64,000 bases of DNA from an uncultured virus (IMG/VR IMGVR_UViG_3300031918_000015) (IMGVR_UViG_3300031918_000015:1-64000); one strand, 5' to 3'. Shown: positions 32,401 to 42,641, numbered from the stretch's first letter. Numbers and translations are program-made. Notes: generated by a model from the sequence alone, not told the origin.

Positions 32401-32541
32401 TATGTTTTTTCTATGCTCTTTTTCTTTTTTATCTGTAAACATTGTTCTATAACCACTTTTCTTTGATAATACAAAGTCCTTACCTTCTCTTTGAATTATA
32501 TTTATACCTTCTCCAACTTTTAGTTCTTTTATGATTTTCAT
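29422..32541 (-). CDS. Single-subunit double-psi-barrel RNA polymerase (YonO/cellular RdRP-like)
   Basis: YKRSSGSSRVGKCLF, IWDGESL, LLRN...K, GSRSPH, catalytic LSSADYDSDQ, IDKAKK; located upstream of HU as yonO is in SPbeta. Confidence 0.85.
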   Translation of the reverse strand: MKIIKELKVGEGINIIQREGKDFVLSKKSGYRTMFTDKKEKEHRKNIWNATMDWCFDSVKMNEIKINKDMSKPFYMIDGKQYSDAIISVKFKCAIKESEEINGFNEQLLGLSKTNKEIELKLVELRKQGVSLRQCKHKGEYKTNLTQEQQLYIELYKRQQNIIEEKRDKVKKLKEQKKNDIQNTEQIRKELYKNGFDIIDSQGKKSHMVRYKRSSGSSRVGKCLFIREDLYKPMMDWTMMDLCIKDGDEIDLASYEAYISLTLSSMIDTINIKPENILILKDEESKIREECMVTEQVIDKDGKAVLCTTKKYTDVINKIWDGESLADSSLFGDKYKNKGMLLLRNQMIKTCAFNTEIQKNYKDYNITMEDIKNSEYYLYTKAKKVEDILLITTPSSLKYYKFGLIENYLNNMDEKWGIVKYDKPTHYFDGELVQTHYQLLNSLNCNKKDISEILKETKEYVSLLKNDMAVLRKHLKMQIEQNEECKLSDEEIMNREIEGFYNEDHLNINKDNHTKDMMYTLLTLNDKIKFTTEFINFQKDVIRAYKDNARLGHILIHGNYSVLCGNGIEMLKGSCGKWNIKDGSIIKKGTIYCNNFEEVKLIGSRSPHPSPSCIFVSKNTIYNEIDKYFNSSKQIVHINAIEENNLEKLSSADYDSDQMLLSDNEKLIEIAERHSKDYPVSVNCVIGKKTPRYYTNEDKCDLDVKTSKNFIGQIINQAQILESHLNDIRFKIKKTKDKSIKQKLQEQIDDVFIDISTLNIMSCIEIDKAKKEFDIDNESELNKIKEKYNNIKLPNFFKYTAKKTYQDKKNKIKEKILKNTPYEKIDKISDTDDIIIKKKENNKVIKEIIDKAISSMEKEKYHHYETTMDYLETEIDKFTYRKIDRRVDNKDNITNILDLLTNKYKEILKHISDADRKQIDRIMGLIIDSDKKTRALWCNTNLTGEDKYFKTIQYRVELINKLSTFKIKFVTLISILKQIKEGKYSNIGRVALSVLYSSHREMFLEMFRIQQEEIEILCDGEDIELYGMCFGKKKTTRDI

Positions 32542-32580
32542 AAAATTCTCCTTTCGATATTTGTATTAGATTGCATTAAT

Positions 32581-32763
32581 TTATTTTTCTTCTTTTTGTA
32601 TTCTTTCAAAATCATTTCTTATTTCGTTGCTATCTTTAAATAGAAATACACTAAACCAAGGTTTATAACTTAGTGGTTGTATATCTTCTAATATGTATCC
32701 TTGGGAGATGAGTTTTAAAGCTATAGATTTTTTAAATACTTTAAATATCTTCATTATTATCAC
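32581..32763 (-). CDS. Small DUF5659-like protein
   Basis: KSIALKLISQGY...VFLFKDS pattern. Confidence 0.55.
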   Translation of the reverse strand: MIIMKIFKVFKKSIALKLISQGYILEDIQPLSYKPWFSVFLFKDSNEIRNDFERIQKEEK

Positions 32764-34337
32764 CTCCCATATCTTTCATTTCTTATCTTATCTGAAATAA
32801 AATTCATAATTTCTTTTTGAATATATTCATAATCCTTATTATTAACTAATATTTTTTCATCATTATTTATATCTATAATTTGATTAGTTATGTTTATAAT
32901 TATATCAGTATTTAACATTGATATTTTTACATTGTAATTTTCCTCATTAATACACTTATTATTTATCAATCTATAATAATGATCTTCATTATGTTTTTTC
33001 GGATGCCAACTAGATACCTTAGTATAATAAGTATATTTTATAGCATATACTTTCTTTAATATTATACTGATTTTATCACACATATAATCAAGCTTTAATA
33101 CATTATCTGTTTTTAATACGTCCAATGATTTTCTATAATTGTCTATTTTATCCATTATATTGTTTTTTATATAATCATTGTTTTCATTATAATAATAATT
33201 ATCTAAATTGAGTACATGATTACAATTATAATTTATACTTCCTTTTATTATATTATTTGAATTATATAAGTTTATTGAATAAAAATTATTTGTGTTTTTA
33301 AAGTAATTCCTAATCTCTGTTTCTATATAATTTATACAGGCATTGCATTTAATATAAAGGATTTGATTTTTTATATTCCTTTTAATTCTTTTTATATCAT
33401 AATTTTTTTCAGTTAAATTAACATATTCTTCTATTTTATTTCCACATATACTATATTTACCATAAATTCTATCATAAATTAATCTTGGAATTTCTATTAT
33501 TATTTCATTTATCTCTATATTTAATTCATTTTTTATATAGTCAACATTAAACCTAATATACTCATTCATAATTCTTGTACATTTATTTTTTCTTAGTATA
33601 TTAACTACTATTTCTTGAAGTTCTTTATCTTCAATGACTTGAATTAAATCACTAATTTCTGAAATTTCAACTTCTCCTAGTAAATATCTATTAATATCCT
33701 TCCAAAGCCAGTTTAATTTTTCAATTTGTTCTTTAGGATATTTAGTATTGTTTAACTTTACTTTACCTACTAATTCATAGTAGTCTTTATCTTCTTGTCT
33801 AATATTGAAACATTTTCCTTCATAAAATTTTGCTTCGAACTCTTTTATAATTTTACCTTCAATCATTTCTTTTGTTTCAATCTCTACAACTATATTATTT
33901 AACTCTACCCAAATATCTAAATAATCTTCTATTTTCTTTTTATTGGTATGAGCAACTTCAAAATAAATAGTTTTATTATTCTCAGTTATTATTGTTATAT
34001 CAGGCTTATACACTCCAAATTCAGTTTTATATTCTTGTTCTATTAGTATTTCCTTACAAACAAATTCTCTACTTTCATTATCTAATTTTACAGTAAATTT
34101 ATCTCCTTGTTTTAATAATTCATTTTTAACAAAGAAATGTATCTGAGTTTCCCTACTACATTTACTGACATCTTTGTGTGCTAGATGATGGGCGTTTATA
34201 TCACCTAACTTTGGAATAAGTTTACTTTCACATATAGGGCAACTATATTCCTCATATCTATTATCTTCATTAATTTTGTCTATGGTTACTATATTTCCAT
34301 CTTTATTTCTAGCAAACCAAATATTTATATTATCCAT
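32760..34337 (-). CDS. CoiA-like nuclease
   Basis: YSCPIC...HHLAH Zn site, ETQIH, KPDI...YFEV PD-(D/E)xK motif. Confidence 0.75.
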   Translation of the reverse strand: MDNINIWFARNKDGNIVTIDKINEDNRYEEYSCPICESKLIPKLGDINAHHLAHKDVSKCSRETQIHFFVKNELLKQGDKFTVKLDNESREFVCKEILIEQEYKTEFGVYKPDITIITENNKTIYFEVAHTNKKKIEDYLDIWVELNNIVVEIETKEMIEGKIIKEFEAKFYEGKCFNIRQEDKDYYELVGKVKLNNTKYPKEQIEKLNWLWKDINRYLLGEVEISEISDLIQVIEDKELQEIVVNILRKNKCTRIMNEYIRFNVDYIKNELNIEINEIIIEIPRLIYDRIYGKYSICGNKIEEYVNLTEKNYDIKRIKRNIKNQILYIKCNACINYIETEIRNYFKNTNNFYSINLYNSNNIIKGSINYNCNHVLNLDNYYYNENNDYIKNNIMDKIDNYRKSLDVLKTDNVLKLDYMCDKISIILKKVYAIKYTYYTKVSSWHPKKHNEDHYYRLINNKCINEENYNVKISMLNTDIIINITNQIIDINNDEKILVNNKDYEYIQKEIMNFISDKIRNERYGR

Positions 34338-34583
34338 TCTCTCACTCCTTAATTTTAATCTTCATCTCACTCTAAAACCCAATAAAACACGCATTTTAAA
34401 CTTTCGTTCTTCTATTAATTTATTAACATTTCATTTAAATCCATTTATCAGCTTCACTATCTTGTCCAATTTCAAGACAACAACTTGTATTACTATTATT
34501 CTAAAACCTCACTACAAGCCTAATATATACTCTAAAATCAATTCTAACCTATATGTATTACTTGTCCACTGTTTAATATGTAT

Positions 34584-34784
34584 TTAGTCATTATAACTAT
34601 CTCTGCCCCATTCTAGATGGTAAGAATCATTAAATAATTGTGTTTCCGTTTGTATTTCATTTAAAAAATCATTTCCTTTACACCATTCATCACGATAGTC
34701 TGCACTATAATACATTCTATTCATTTTATCTCTTTCTATCGTTTCTCTTTCTCTTTTGTTTAAAAACCCTTCTAAAATTCCCAT
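34584..34784 (-). CDS. Hypothetical protein
   Basis: Small ORF overlapping the nucleotidase stop. Confidence 0.45.
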   Translation of the reverse strand: MGILEGFLNKRERETIERDKMNRMYYSADYRDEWCKGNDFLNEIQTETQLFNDSYHLEWGRDSYND

Positions 34785-35398
34785 CTCTTTATACCATCCT
34801 TTTCTTCATTATTATTTTTTAATTCTATTAATTTATTATTACTGTCTTTTGTATTTTCTATATTTTTAACCATTTTATATAATTCACTCCAATCATTTAC
34901 TCTTAAATCATTGTAGTCTTTATTCCAGTCATATTCTCCATAACAAATTCTATAATCAGCTAAACTATCCATACTTTCAATTGCTTCTAGTTTATCATCT
35001 ATGAATATATTGCATTTACCTACACTTGATTTGTCGAAACTATCTAAAAATATTAACTCTACATTCGGAAAAGTTTCTTCTATCCATTTTTGAGTTATTG
35101 GTCTTCTTAACATGTCATGTTTTGTTGCTATTTTTACAATATTATCTTTAGATAATTCATTTATTACTTCAATAGCTTTATCAAATACAACTAATGTATC
35201 ATCATAAAACTCTTCATGGTCAAATAACTTAAATAATTCACTCAATTCTTCTTTAGTTTTTATCATAGGGTAGAAGTTCCATGAATAGTTTTCTTGATAT
35301 TTAATCTTTTTATCATTCAGTTTATTATGTAAATTTATTATTGATTTACAAGTATCTATTATTGTTGAATCCAAATCTATAATATAAGTATTTTTCAT
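34772..35398 (-). CDS. HAD-family 5'(3')-deoxyribonucleotidase (NT5C-like)
   Basis: IIDLDSTI, IATK, FIDDK and YDWNK motifs. Confidence 0.85.
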   Translation of the reverse strand: MKNTYIIDLDSTIIDTCKSIINLHNKLNDKKIKYQENYSWNFYPMIKTKEELSELFKLFDHEEFYDDTLVVFDKAIEVINELSKDNIVKIATKHDMLRRPITQKWIEETFPNVELIFLDSFDKSSVGKCNIFIDDKLEAIESMDSLADYRICYGEYDWNKDYNDLRVNDWSELYKMVKNIENTKDSNNKLIELKNNNEEKDGIKRWEF

Positions 35399-35422
35399 TT
35401 TTAATCTCCTTTTTTATTTTTA

Positions 35423-35599
35423 TTAATTCGCTACTTTATAAGTATTATTATGTATTTTTAGCCATTCTTCTAATTTATCAAATTCAATTTCTTCTTTCTT
35501 ATCCATTGTATCACTAAAATTCTTTACCTTTAGTTCTTCAAATCGCTTTATTTTCTTTTGTAAAATCCCTTCTTTCTTTGTTTTAAATTCTAATACCAC
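35423..35599 (-). CDS. 58-aa hypothetical protein
   Basis: Not in track. AAGGAGG RBS, GTG start, VVLEFKTKKEG...YKVAN*. Confidence 0.55.
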   Translation of the reverse strand: MVLEFKTKKEGILQKKIKRFEELKVKNFSDTMDKKEEIEFDKLEEWLKIHNNTYKVAN

Positions 35600-35952
35600 T
35601 TTTTTATATCCTCCTTATATCGTTTAGTTCTATTAATTTATTTAAATGTGTTAAATTACTAAATTTTCTATTTCCTCCTTACAAGACTTATCTTACCATA
35701 ATATTAATATGTTGTCAACTATTATTCTATTAATTTGTTTAAATGTATTTTCTAATATACAAAATTTACTTTTCAAACTTTTAAATATTTTGTAGTAAAA
35801 TATTTAGGGTTCAAAATTCTATACCTTAAATGTAGTATTTGGCTACACGTAGAGTATCAATATCCTATACCTTGTGTAGGTGCAATAATATATAATAAGT
35901 TTTAAATAAAAGAAGAATAAGACTCTCTGTTCGTTTTAAAACTTCACAGAAT

Positions 35953-36918
35953 TTATTCTTCTTGTTCTTTTTCTTTTGTTAAGGTTTCAAGTTCTTTTAA
36001 TTGTTCTTCTGTTATAGTTCCATTGTTTAATTTTTTGGTCAATCCTCCTTTTTTACCATTCAATTGTCTATCGTTATTTTTATAACTTGCTTTTATAACT
36101 ATCCATCCATCTTTTTCTAAACTATCTTTGCATTGTTTTAATCCTAATTCTAATTCTTGTTTATTTCCTTCTAGATTTAAATTACTCATAGTATATATAT
36201 TAGGACATTCGCTTAATTTCTTATTTTTATCATTAGAGTGATATTTCTTCCCACAATTAGTATAATCTATTAATCCTAATTCCTTTAATTTATTTATGTA
36301 TTCTTTTATATGTGACTGCCCTATATTTGTGTATCTTTCAATATATTCATAGCTTTGCCATGTTACTTGTGGTGTTGGGTCAGCTTGAATATTAAATATT
36401 TTTCCTGTTTTACTATTTCTACTTCTTTTCTTTGTTCTAGCTTTTAAATAAAAATATAATTTAATCAATGTATTTCTTAATCTTATATCATTAATTGTAT
36501 TTAATATTTTTAATTCTAAGTTATGTATTTGAAAATATTCATTTGAAGACATCAATATTAATTGTTCAGTATCTATAACTACTACTTTATCTTTAAAATT
36601 TCCATCAAAATTAATTATTTTTATTTTTCTTAATTGATTTAATGTTATTTCAAAGCTCTTTCTAGATTTTTGATTTACTTGGTAACGACATTGTTCTATT
36701 AAATAATCTAAATTTACTTGATAAGTTCTTTTGAATGATGTATTTGAATATAACTCATGTAATATAATTATTACTTTATCATCTTTTAATAAGTTTAATA
36801 TACTACCTTTTTCTGTTGTTGACTTACCTTCTTTTAGATAGAATAACTCATTTGTTATTTTACTATAAAAACTTTCATCCAAAACTCTCCCCTCCTTCCT
36901 TAATTTATATCCTACCAT
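35953..36918 (-). CDS. Winged-helix replication-initiator-like protein (paralog of 53105-54028)
   Basis: WQSYEYIERYTNIGQSHIKEYINKLKELGLI wHTH. Confidence 0.55.
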   Translation of the reverse strand: MVGYKLRKEGRVLDESFYSKITNELFYLKEGKSTTEKGSILNLLKDDKVIIILHELYSNTSFKRTYQVNLDYLIEQCRYQVNQKSRKSFEITLNQLRKIKIINFDGNFKDKVVVIDTEQLILMSSNEYFQIHNLELKILNTINDIRLRNTLIKLYFYLKARTKKRSRNSKTGKIFNIQADPTPQVTWQSYEYIERYTNIGQSHIKEYINKLKELGLIDYTNCGKKYHSNDKNKKLSECPNIYTMSNLNLEGNKQELELGLKQCKDSLEKDGWIVIKASYKNNDRQLNGKKGGLTKKLNNGTITEEQLKELETLTKEKEQEE

Positions 36919-37205
36919 AATATTCTAATTGTTGCAATAGTGTTTCTATTAATTTATTAATATATAATGTTTACGAATATATTTTTGTGTAACACCACTT
37001 CTGTCAAAAACATTTTTATTATTAATTACTATAAACTTACTGTATTTTAAATTTATAATATTAGACATGAAAAAAGAAGTCATATTACTATAACTTCTCA
37101 CATATAATTATATATAGGGTACAATGCCATTATAAGCTCCACACAGACGTTCTATTTTTAGGTGACTACTTTGACCTTTAATGTTATATAAGGTCAAATA
37201 GTGGC

Positions 37206-38456
37206 TTATTTTTGCATTTCTTTAAGTAAATTTGATGCAACACTATTATTATCTTCAACATCAACTACTATTTCTTCTTCTGATTCATTATCATCCCAAC
37301 CTAGCAACCTATGTTCTACAGATCGCATATGTTTTTCATCTTTTGCTTCAGGTCTACCTTCAAAATTATTGAATCCTTTTTTATTTAGTTGTTTTGATAT
37401 AGAATTACTGTTTGAAAATTCTCTTGTCATTGCATCCAATAAGAATCCAATTGGAGATATTACATCATTATTCTTTATATAATTATCTAATACTTTTATT
37501 TTTTCAATCAAATAAGCTACCGGATCAGTATCTCTATATTTTTCTTTAGTTATTTCCATAGCTGTATCAAATAAATTTTGAGTATCTTTGGAAGATAATT
37601 TTACATTATATTTTAATAAAGCATCTGAAACTTCTTTAAATGCTGATGGAATTTTATTTTTAAAATCATCGTCTGCTAAAAATTCAATATTTGTTTTTTT
37701 AGTAATATTAAATTGCAATAAAGTAATTATTCTACCACTTCTAATTGGTTTAAATACAACATCAATATCACTAATTTTATTAATTATATTTAAATTGGGT
37801 TTTATAATATTTCTATTTAATTCAGCAAAATTATCATACTTATTCTGTATAGCAAGCATAAATTTAAATTCATCAACAGTCATTTTATATATTCCAAGAT
37901 AAGCTTTGCTTTTTAATATTTCATAAATTCTATATGCATATTTACTTCTAATATCTTGGGATAAATCAAAAAATAAAGCTACATATTTTCCTTTAAATAT
38001 CAACAAATCTAATAAAATATCTATATTGAAAGTTATTGATATTACACCATTTTTCCCATCATAGTCACATGAAGAAACCCATCTTCTTTTACTTAATTTA
38101 GAATGTTCATCATAATAATAAAAACCTGCTTCGTATAAATCATCTACTTCTTTACTTAAATACTCATAAATACCCTTTCCAGCAATATCATATTCATCTT
38201 TGAATTCTGAAACAGATATTTCTATTAATCTAAATTGCATAGCACCCAATACTTTTGTGAGATTATTTGGTGTCATTCTTTTTTCAATATAAATTGGTTG
38301 CATCTTTTTACAAGCTAAAGCAATTATTCTTTGTTGCGTAAAAGATAATTCATAAGAAGTTGCTATAAGGCTTGGAGATTTATATGTGTATTTAGTATTA
38401 TTAAGTGGTTTAAGTCCATCTATATCATCTAAAATAGAAAGTTGTTGATATCCCAT
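37206..38456 (-). CDS. Plasmid replication initiator, Rep_3/RepB family
   Basis: LIATSYELSFTQQRII, RWVSS, SKYAYRIYEIL, YDNFAELNRNIIKP, FNNFEGR. Confidence 0.9.
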   Translation of the reverse strand: MGYQQLSILDDIDGLKPLNNTKYTYKSPSLIATSYELSFTQQRIIALACKKMQPIYIEKRMTPNNLTKVLGAMQFRLIEISVSEFKDEYDIAGKGIYEYLSKEVDDLYEAGFYYYDEHSKLSKRRWVSSCDYDGKNGVISITFNIDILLDLLIFKGKYVALFFDLSQDIRSKYAYRIYEILKSKAYLGIYKMTVDEFKFMLAIQNKYDNFAELNRNIIKPNLNIINKISDIDVVFKPIRSGRIITLLQFNITKKTNIEFLADDDFKNKIPSAFKEVSDALLKYNVKLSSKDTQNLFDTAMEITKEKYRDTDPVAYLIEKIKVLDNYIKNNDVISPIGFLLDAMTREFSNSNSISKQLNKKGFNNFEGRPEAKDEKHMRSVEHRLLGWDDNESEEEIVVDVEDNNSVASNLLKEMQK

Positions 38457-38520
38457 GTATTCTTCACCTCAATAAATTTAATATAACATCTTATTTAAAT
38501 AGAAACAATAACTTATTATT

Positions 38521-39105
38521 AAAATGTAGTCTTGTAGGGTTACTATATACCTTATGATAATTAAAATGTACTTTAGTAGGGTATTATATGGGTTTAAATT
38601 ACAAAATTTCAATATTTATTATTAAATTTTGGTGATAAATAAGCATCTTCACCCTAGAAGATTACATTTTAATAATCATATACCCTACTGTAGTACATTT
38701 TTAACCCTATTATCATACATTTAAATCTAGCTATTAATATAAATATATTTGTTGTTGTGTTCACAACAACTTATTTTTTATTATAATACTGTGATGCCTT
38801 AAATAGCTTATAGTAACGTTGTTGAGTAATTAAATGTATTACAGTAGGGTGTAATATGTTTAATAGTAGGTCATAAAATGTATCTTACTAGGTTATAAAA
38901 TGTAGTGAAGTAGGGTTAAAACTGATTCTATAACAAAAACAGGTGGATATTACTTTTAAATTATAATGTTCATACCCTAGAAAAGTACATTTTTAAGAAT
39001 TAGAAGCAAAAACTAATATCATAATTTTTATTATACCCTACTTTCCTACATTTTAATTTTCGTAGAAGAAAAATGCTACCTATTCACCCTAGAAACCTAC
39101 ATTTT
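38521..39105. repeat. Iteron array / plasmid origin
   Basis: 12 copies of AAAATGTA-N6-TAGGGT in both orientations upstream of rep; four at a 22-bp period (38831, 38853, 38875, 38897). Confidence 0.85.
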
Positions 39106-39261
39106 ATCTATTTGTAAATATAACCCGTCTAAGACGTCCATAGACAATCTAAATTTAAAGACAACAACTATTATTATAAAACTTATATCTCTGTTCTTAT
39201 GACCTGTTAGGCTATCAGAAATTAATTCCTTTATCGACATTATTATCTTTATGTTGAGTTG

Positions 39262-40086
39262 TTAATTCTTTTTGTAAAATATTTTTGATATATTTCCAAA
39301 TAATCCTTGATGTTTATTCTCTAATTGTCTTTTTAATTCTTCAATCTCTTTCTCCTGTGCTTTAACCTTATTATTTTCAGCTTTTTCTCTCAGATTCTTA
39401 ACTAAAGTTATATCTTCATCTATTTTTTGGCTGATATTATTAAAATTAGTTTGTGTATTTTTCTCTTGTTTATATAATTTTTGTGACACTTTTTTATTTT
39501 CTTCCTTGGTAATAGATAATTCTTTTTGAATTAAAATTAATTGTGTAGACTGCTCATTAGTTTTCTCTTTATATTCTTTTAAAAGCTCTTGATGGATTCC
39601 TCTTTGTTCTTGTAATTCTTGCTTAATATCTTTTTGATTATTAGATATTATATTTATAGTCTCGGTTAACTGAACATTAGTATTATACATTTTTTCTATC
39701 TTATTGTTCTGTTCTATCATAGCATTTGCAAATGTTTGAAATATATTTAATACTGATTGGTCTACCTTATTATTTGATTCTTTTCTAAGTAAGACTTCCT
39801 GTTTATTTTGAGTTAGAAATTTTCTTATTTCATTCATACTCATATTATTTACTTGTTCTAAATCTTTTATTTTTTTTAAATTTTCAATATCAGTATTATC
39901 AAATAATTGATACATTCCTACAGACGTTATATTTAAGAAATCATTTAGTTTTTCAAAATAATATGCAATTGTAGATTGTTCAATATTTAAAATATTTGCA
40001 ACTTCATCTATAGTGTAGTATTTTTTATTTATATCTTCAAAATGAACATCAATTGATTTATCGTTCATAAATATAATCCTCCACAT
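39262..40086 (-). CDS. tubY: TubY: MerR-like HTH, coiled coil and amphipathic C-terminus
   Basis: YYTIDEVANILNIEQSTIAYY; long coiled coil; GLFGNISKIF tail; adjacent to tubZ. Confidence 0.75.
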   Translation of the reverse strand: MWRIIFMNDKSIDVHFEDINKKYYTIDEVANILNIEQSTIAYYFEKLNDFLNITSVGMYQLFDNTDIENLKKIKDLEQVNNMSMNEIRKFLTQNKQEVLLRKESNNKVDQSVLNIFQTFANAMIEQNNKIEKMYNTNVQLTETINIISNNQKDIKQELQEQRGIHQELLKEYKEKTNEQSTQLILIQKELSITKEENKKVSQKLYKQEKNTQTNFNNISQKIDEDITLVKNLREKAENNKVKAQEKEIEELKRQLENKHQGLFGNISKIFYKKN

Positions 40087-40122
40087 TATAAATACTAAAG
40101 GGAGTATTTCATCCCTTTAGTA

Positions 40123-41337
40123 TTATCTTTTCTTTCTAAATAAATTCTTTTTCATAGCTTTCTTTACTAAATTAGCATTACCATCTGAAGCATTATTTTC
40201 ATTAGTTTCTGAGGTATAATTATTATTCTCATTAGTTTCTTTATTAATTTTAAATGAACTATTATTATCTGACTTAGTATGAGTATTCCCGTTTTTCTTT
40301 CTATCTTTTATTTCATGTTGTATTAGTTTCATAGAGTTTATTGGTGGTTTACATCCGCTTATTAAGAATAAATTTTTATTTGCATTTACTCCATCGTAAT
40401 CTTCTTCTCTAAATGAAAATTTTTGATAAAAATAATCTTTATTATATGTTTGATTTAAAAAAGACATACCTAAATATCCACATTCTATATAGTTGTTTTC
40501 GCTATTATCTTTTTGGATAAGTTTATTACTTTCAGTAACAATATTATCCTCTTTGTACATTTTAGCAAAAACACTATTTGCTTCAGATTTACTCATAGCA
40601 ATATCTATACTTGTACAATCATTTGGAATATCATAAATATATAGACACCCCTTATCTCTTAATATATTGCCTAAATTACCATTATCAAATCTGATGCTAT
40701 TATTTTCAGGAATATCAAATATTGAATCAAATAATTCAATGAAATTACTATTAATTATTGTATCTCTTTGAGATTCTGGTATATTTTTAGCTTTAATTAT
40801 ATTAGAACCATTATCAATAAACATTATTCCGTTAATACCTTTATTATCAATAATTTCGTCCCATGTTTCAAGTGCATTATTTAAAATAACATCTGGAGAA
40901 TTCAAACTAGGTAATATAGCTATAACGTTTATAATTTTATTAAAACTTCCATCTTCATCTGATTTCAATTCTTCAATAGCTTCTAAAAGAACACTTAATA
41001 TTGAACTGCCACTACCTCCACCTAGACTAGCAACTAAATATATTACTTCTTGTTGATATTTAGTTAGTATATCAATCATATTATATCCACTTTGATCTGC
41101 AAAAGCTTTTCCTAATTTTCTATTCCTACCAACGCCATTTAAAGTAGAAATACAATAATAATTATGGGTTTCTTCAGTAGAATTTGTAAGGCTTTTTATA
41201 TCTCCTATACTTGTATTTATAAAAAATCCTTGATACATTCCGTCATAATCCATTAAATTATCAACTAATCTACCTCCAGCTCCCCCTAGTCCAACAAAAA
41301 GCATATCTCCTCTATTCATTATCATTTTCCTCCCCAT
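40123..41337 (-). CDS. tubZ: Tubulin/FtsZ-like partition GTPase TubZ
   Basis: VGLGGAGG, GVGRNRKLG, SLGGGSGS tubulin signature. Confidence 0.9.
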   Translation of the reverse strand: MGRKMIMNRGDMLFVGLGGAGGRLVDNLMDYDGMYQGFFINTSIGDIKSLTNSTEETHNYYCISTLNGVGRNRKLGKAFADQSGYNMIDILTKYQQEVIYLVASLGGGSGSSILSVLLEAIEELKSDEDGSFNKIINVIAILPSLNSPDVILNNALETWDEIIDNKGINGIMFIDNGSNIIKAKNIPESQRDTIINSNFIELFDSIFDIPENNSIRFDNGNLGNILRDKGCLYIYDIPNDCTSIDIAMSKSEANSVFAKMYKEDNIVTESNKLIQKDNSENNYIECGYLGMSFLNQTYNKDYFYQKFSFREEDYDGVNANKNLFLISGCKPPINSMKLIQHEIKDRKKNGNTHTKSDNNSSFKINKETNENNNYTSETNENNASDGNANLVKKAMKKNLFRKKR

Positions 41338-41668
41338 ATATATTTTCTGTATTTAAAATATTGTCTTTTAAATATTTAATTCCAAAATCCGTTATATAAA
41401 AACATTTTGCATTCCCATCTTTATAGCCTTCTTTTATATAATTCAAAGACATCATTTTCTTTTGTACTCTTGTGACGTATGTGTAGTAAGACAAATCTGA
41501 ATCAGTATTTTGAATTATTTCTTTTATTTTAAATGATTCTAATGGTGTAGTTTTATCATTTACAAATAATACGTATAAAATCTCAATATCAAATTTATCA
41601 ATTTCTATTGGTTTAATTGTTTTATCTTTATATTCTGATTCTGAAAGTATTTCAATATCATTATCCAT
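41312..41668 (-). CDS. tubR: TubR-like wHTH centromere-binding protein
   Basis: Small wHTH (YIKEGYKDGNAKCFYITDFG) overlapping the tubZ start. Confidence 0.75.
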   Translation of the reverse strand: MDNDIEILSESEYKDKTIKPIEIDKFDIEILYVLFVNDKTTPLESFKIKEIIQNTDSDLSYYTYVTRVQKKMMSLNYIKEGYKDGNAKCFYITDFGIKYLKDNILNTENIYGEENDNE

Positions 41669-41719
41669 AGCAAAAAACCTCCTTTTATAGATTCTATAAT
41701 ATTATATTATCATTTGTTA

Positions 41720-41985
41720 TAAACTATTACAAGTTATTTTAGTTTATTGTTTTTAATTAGTATATTTACTAGTTGCTAATAAATAATAATATATAATCAG
41801 AAACTATAATAGTATCTTATAATTACGATATAACTATTAGTATTTATAAGAATTACTAATAGTTACTACTGAATACTAATAAAGTCTACTAGTTTGTAAT
41901 ATTTAACATATACATATAAGGAATTATTAAAATTCCAATAAAATCACCTCTTTAGTTGGTTTTTTACTAGTTTTAACTAAAAAAT
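41720..41985. promoter_or_regulatory. Candidate tubC centromere
   Basis: Degenerate TACTA/TAGT repeats upstream of tubR, e.g. TACTA at 41854, 41864, 41874, 41887. Confidence 0.4.
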
Positions 41986-42015
41986 AGGTAATATTGTATG
42001 ATAAATACCTATTTA

Positions 42016-42588
42016 TTAAATACTTATCATACAATATTTCAATACCTCATCTCTATCATATCCTAGCCAATCTAATAATTCTAATCTATCAATATTCCTA
42101 CAAAAATCAAGTACGTCATCTTTATACCAAATATCTATATCAACTACCTTACATTTCTTTATTAAAGCTATACTATCCTTATTAAAGCTTGAAGTAGTAA
42201 TAAATATAGCTCTATTAACACTATCGACAACGCAAGCACTTATCAATTTATGAATAAAGTTAGTTGAAATCTTATTACCTTCAGCGTAATGTTTACATTC
42301 AACATACATTATTCCATCTTTATCTTTAATTATAATATCTTTTCCTCCATCTCGGGTACGAGGAGTTACTTTTGCATTTAAACCACCTAAATTGAACATA
42401 TGACAACAAAAACTCTCAAATTGAAATCCATCAAGTTTATCTATTGCATCAGATATAAGTTTTAATTGTCTGTTTATACTATATTTAACTACATCATGAC
42501 TATCTTTATAGTTGCCACGTATAATCCACTCTGAAGCAATCCAACATACTAATATAAATACACTTATAATTCCTAAAATTAAATACAT
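42016..42588 (-). CDS. Membrane-anchored Mrr-like restriction endonuclease
   Basis: N-terminal TM helix; FESFC, DGGKDII, VECKHY, FITTSSF. Confidence 0.85.
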   Translation of the reverse strand: MYLILGIISVFILVCWIASEWIIRGNYKDSHDVVKYSINRQLKLISDAIDKLDGFQFESFCCHMFNLGGLNAKVTPRTRDGGKDIIIKDKDGIMYVECKHYAEGNKISTNFIHKLISACVVDSVNRAIFITTSSFNKDSIALIKKCKVVDIDIWYKDDVLDFCRNIDRLELLDWLGYDRDEVLKYCMISI

Positions 42589-42641
42589 AAAAATTACCTC
42601 CTTTTAATCACATTTTAAAAATATCTGAATATAAATATAGT

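Noticed and set aside
38521..39105. Possible CRISPR array
   Set aside because: Repeats are 20 bp with a variable centre, in both orientations, without unique ~35-bp spacers or cas genes; they fit iterons
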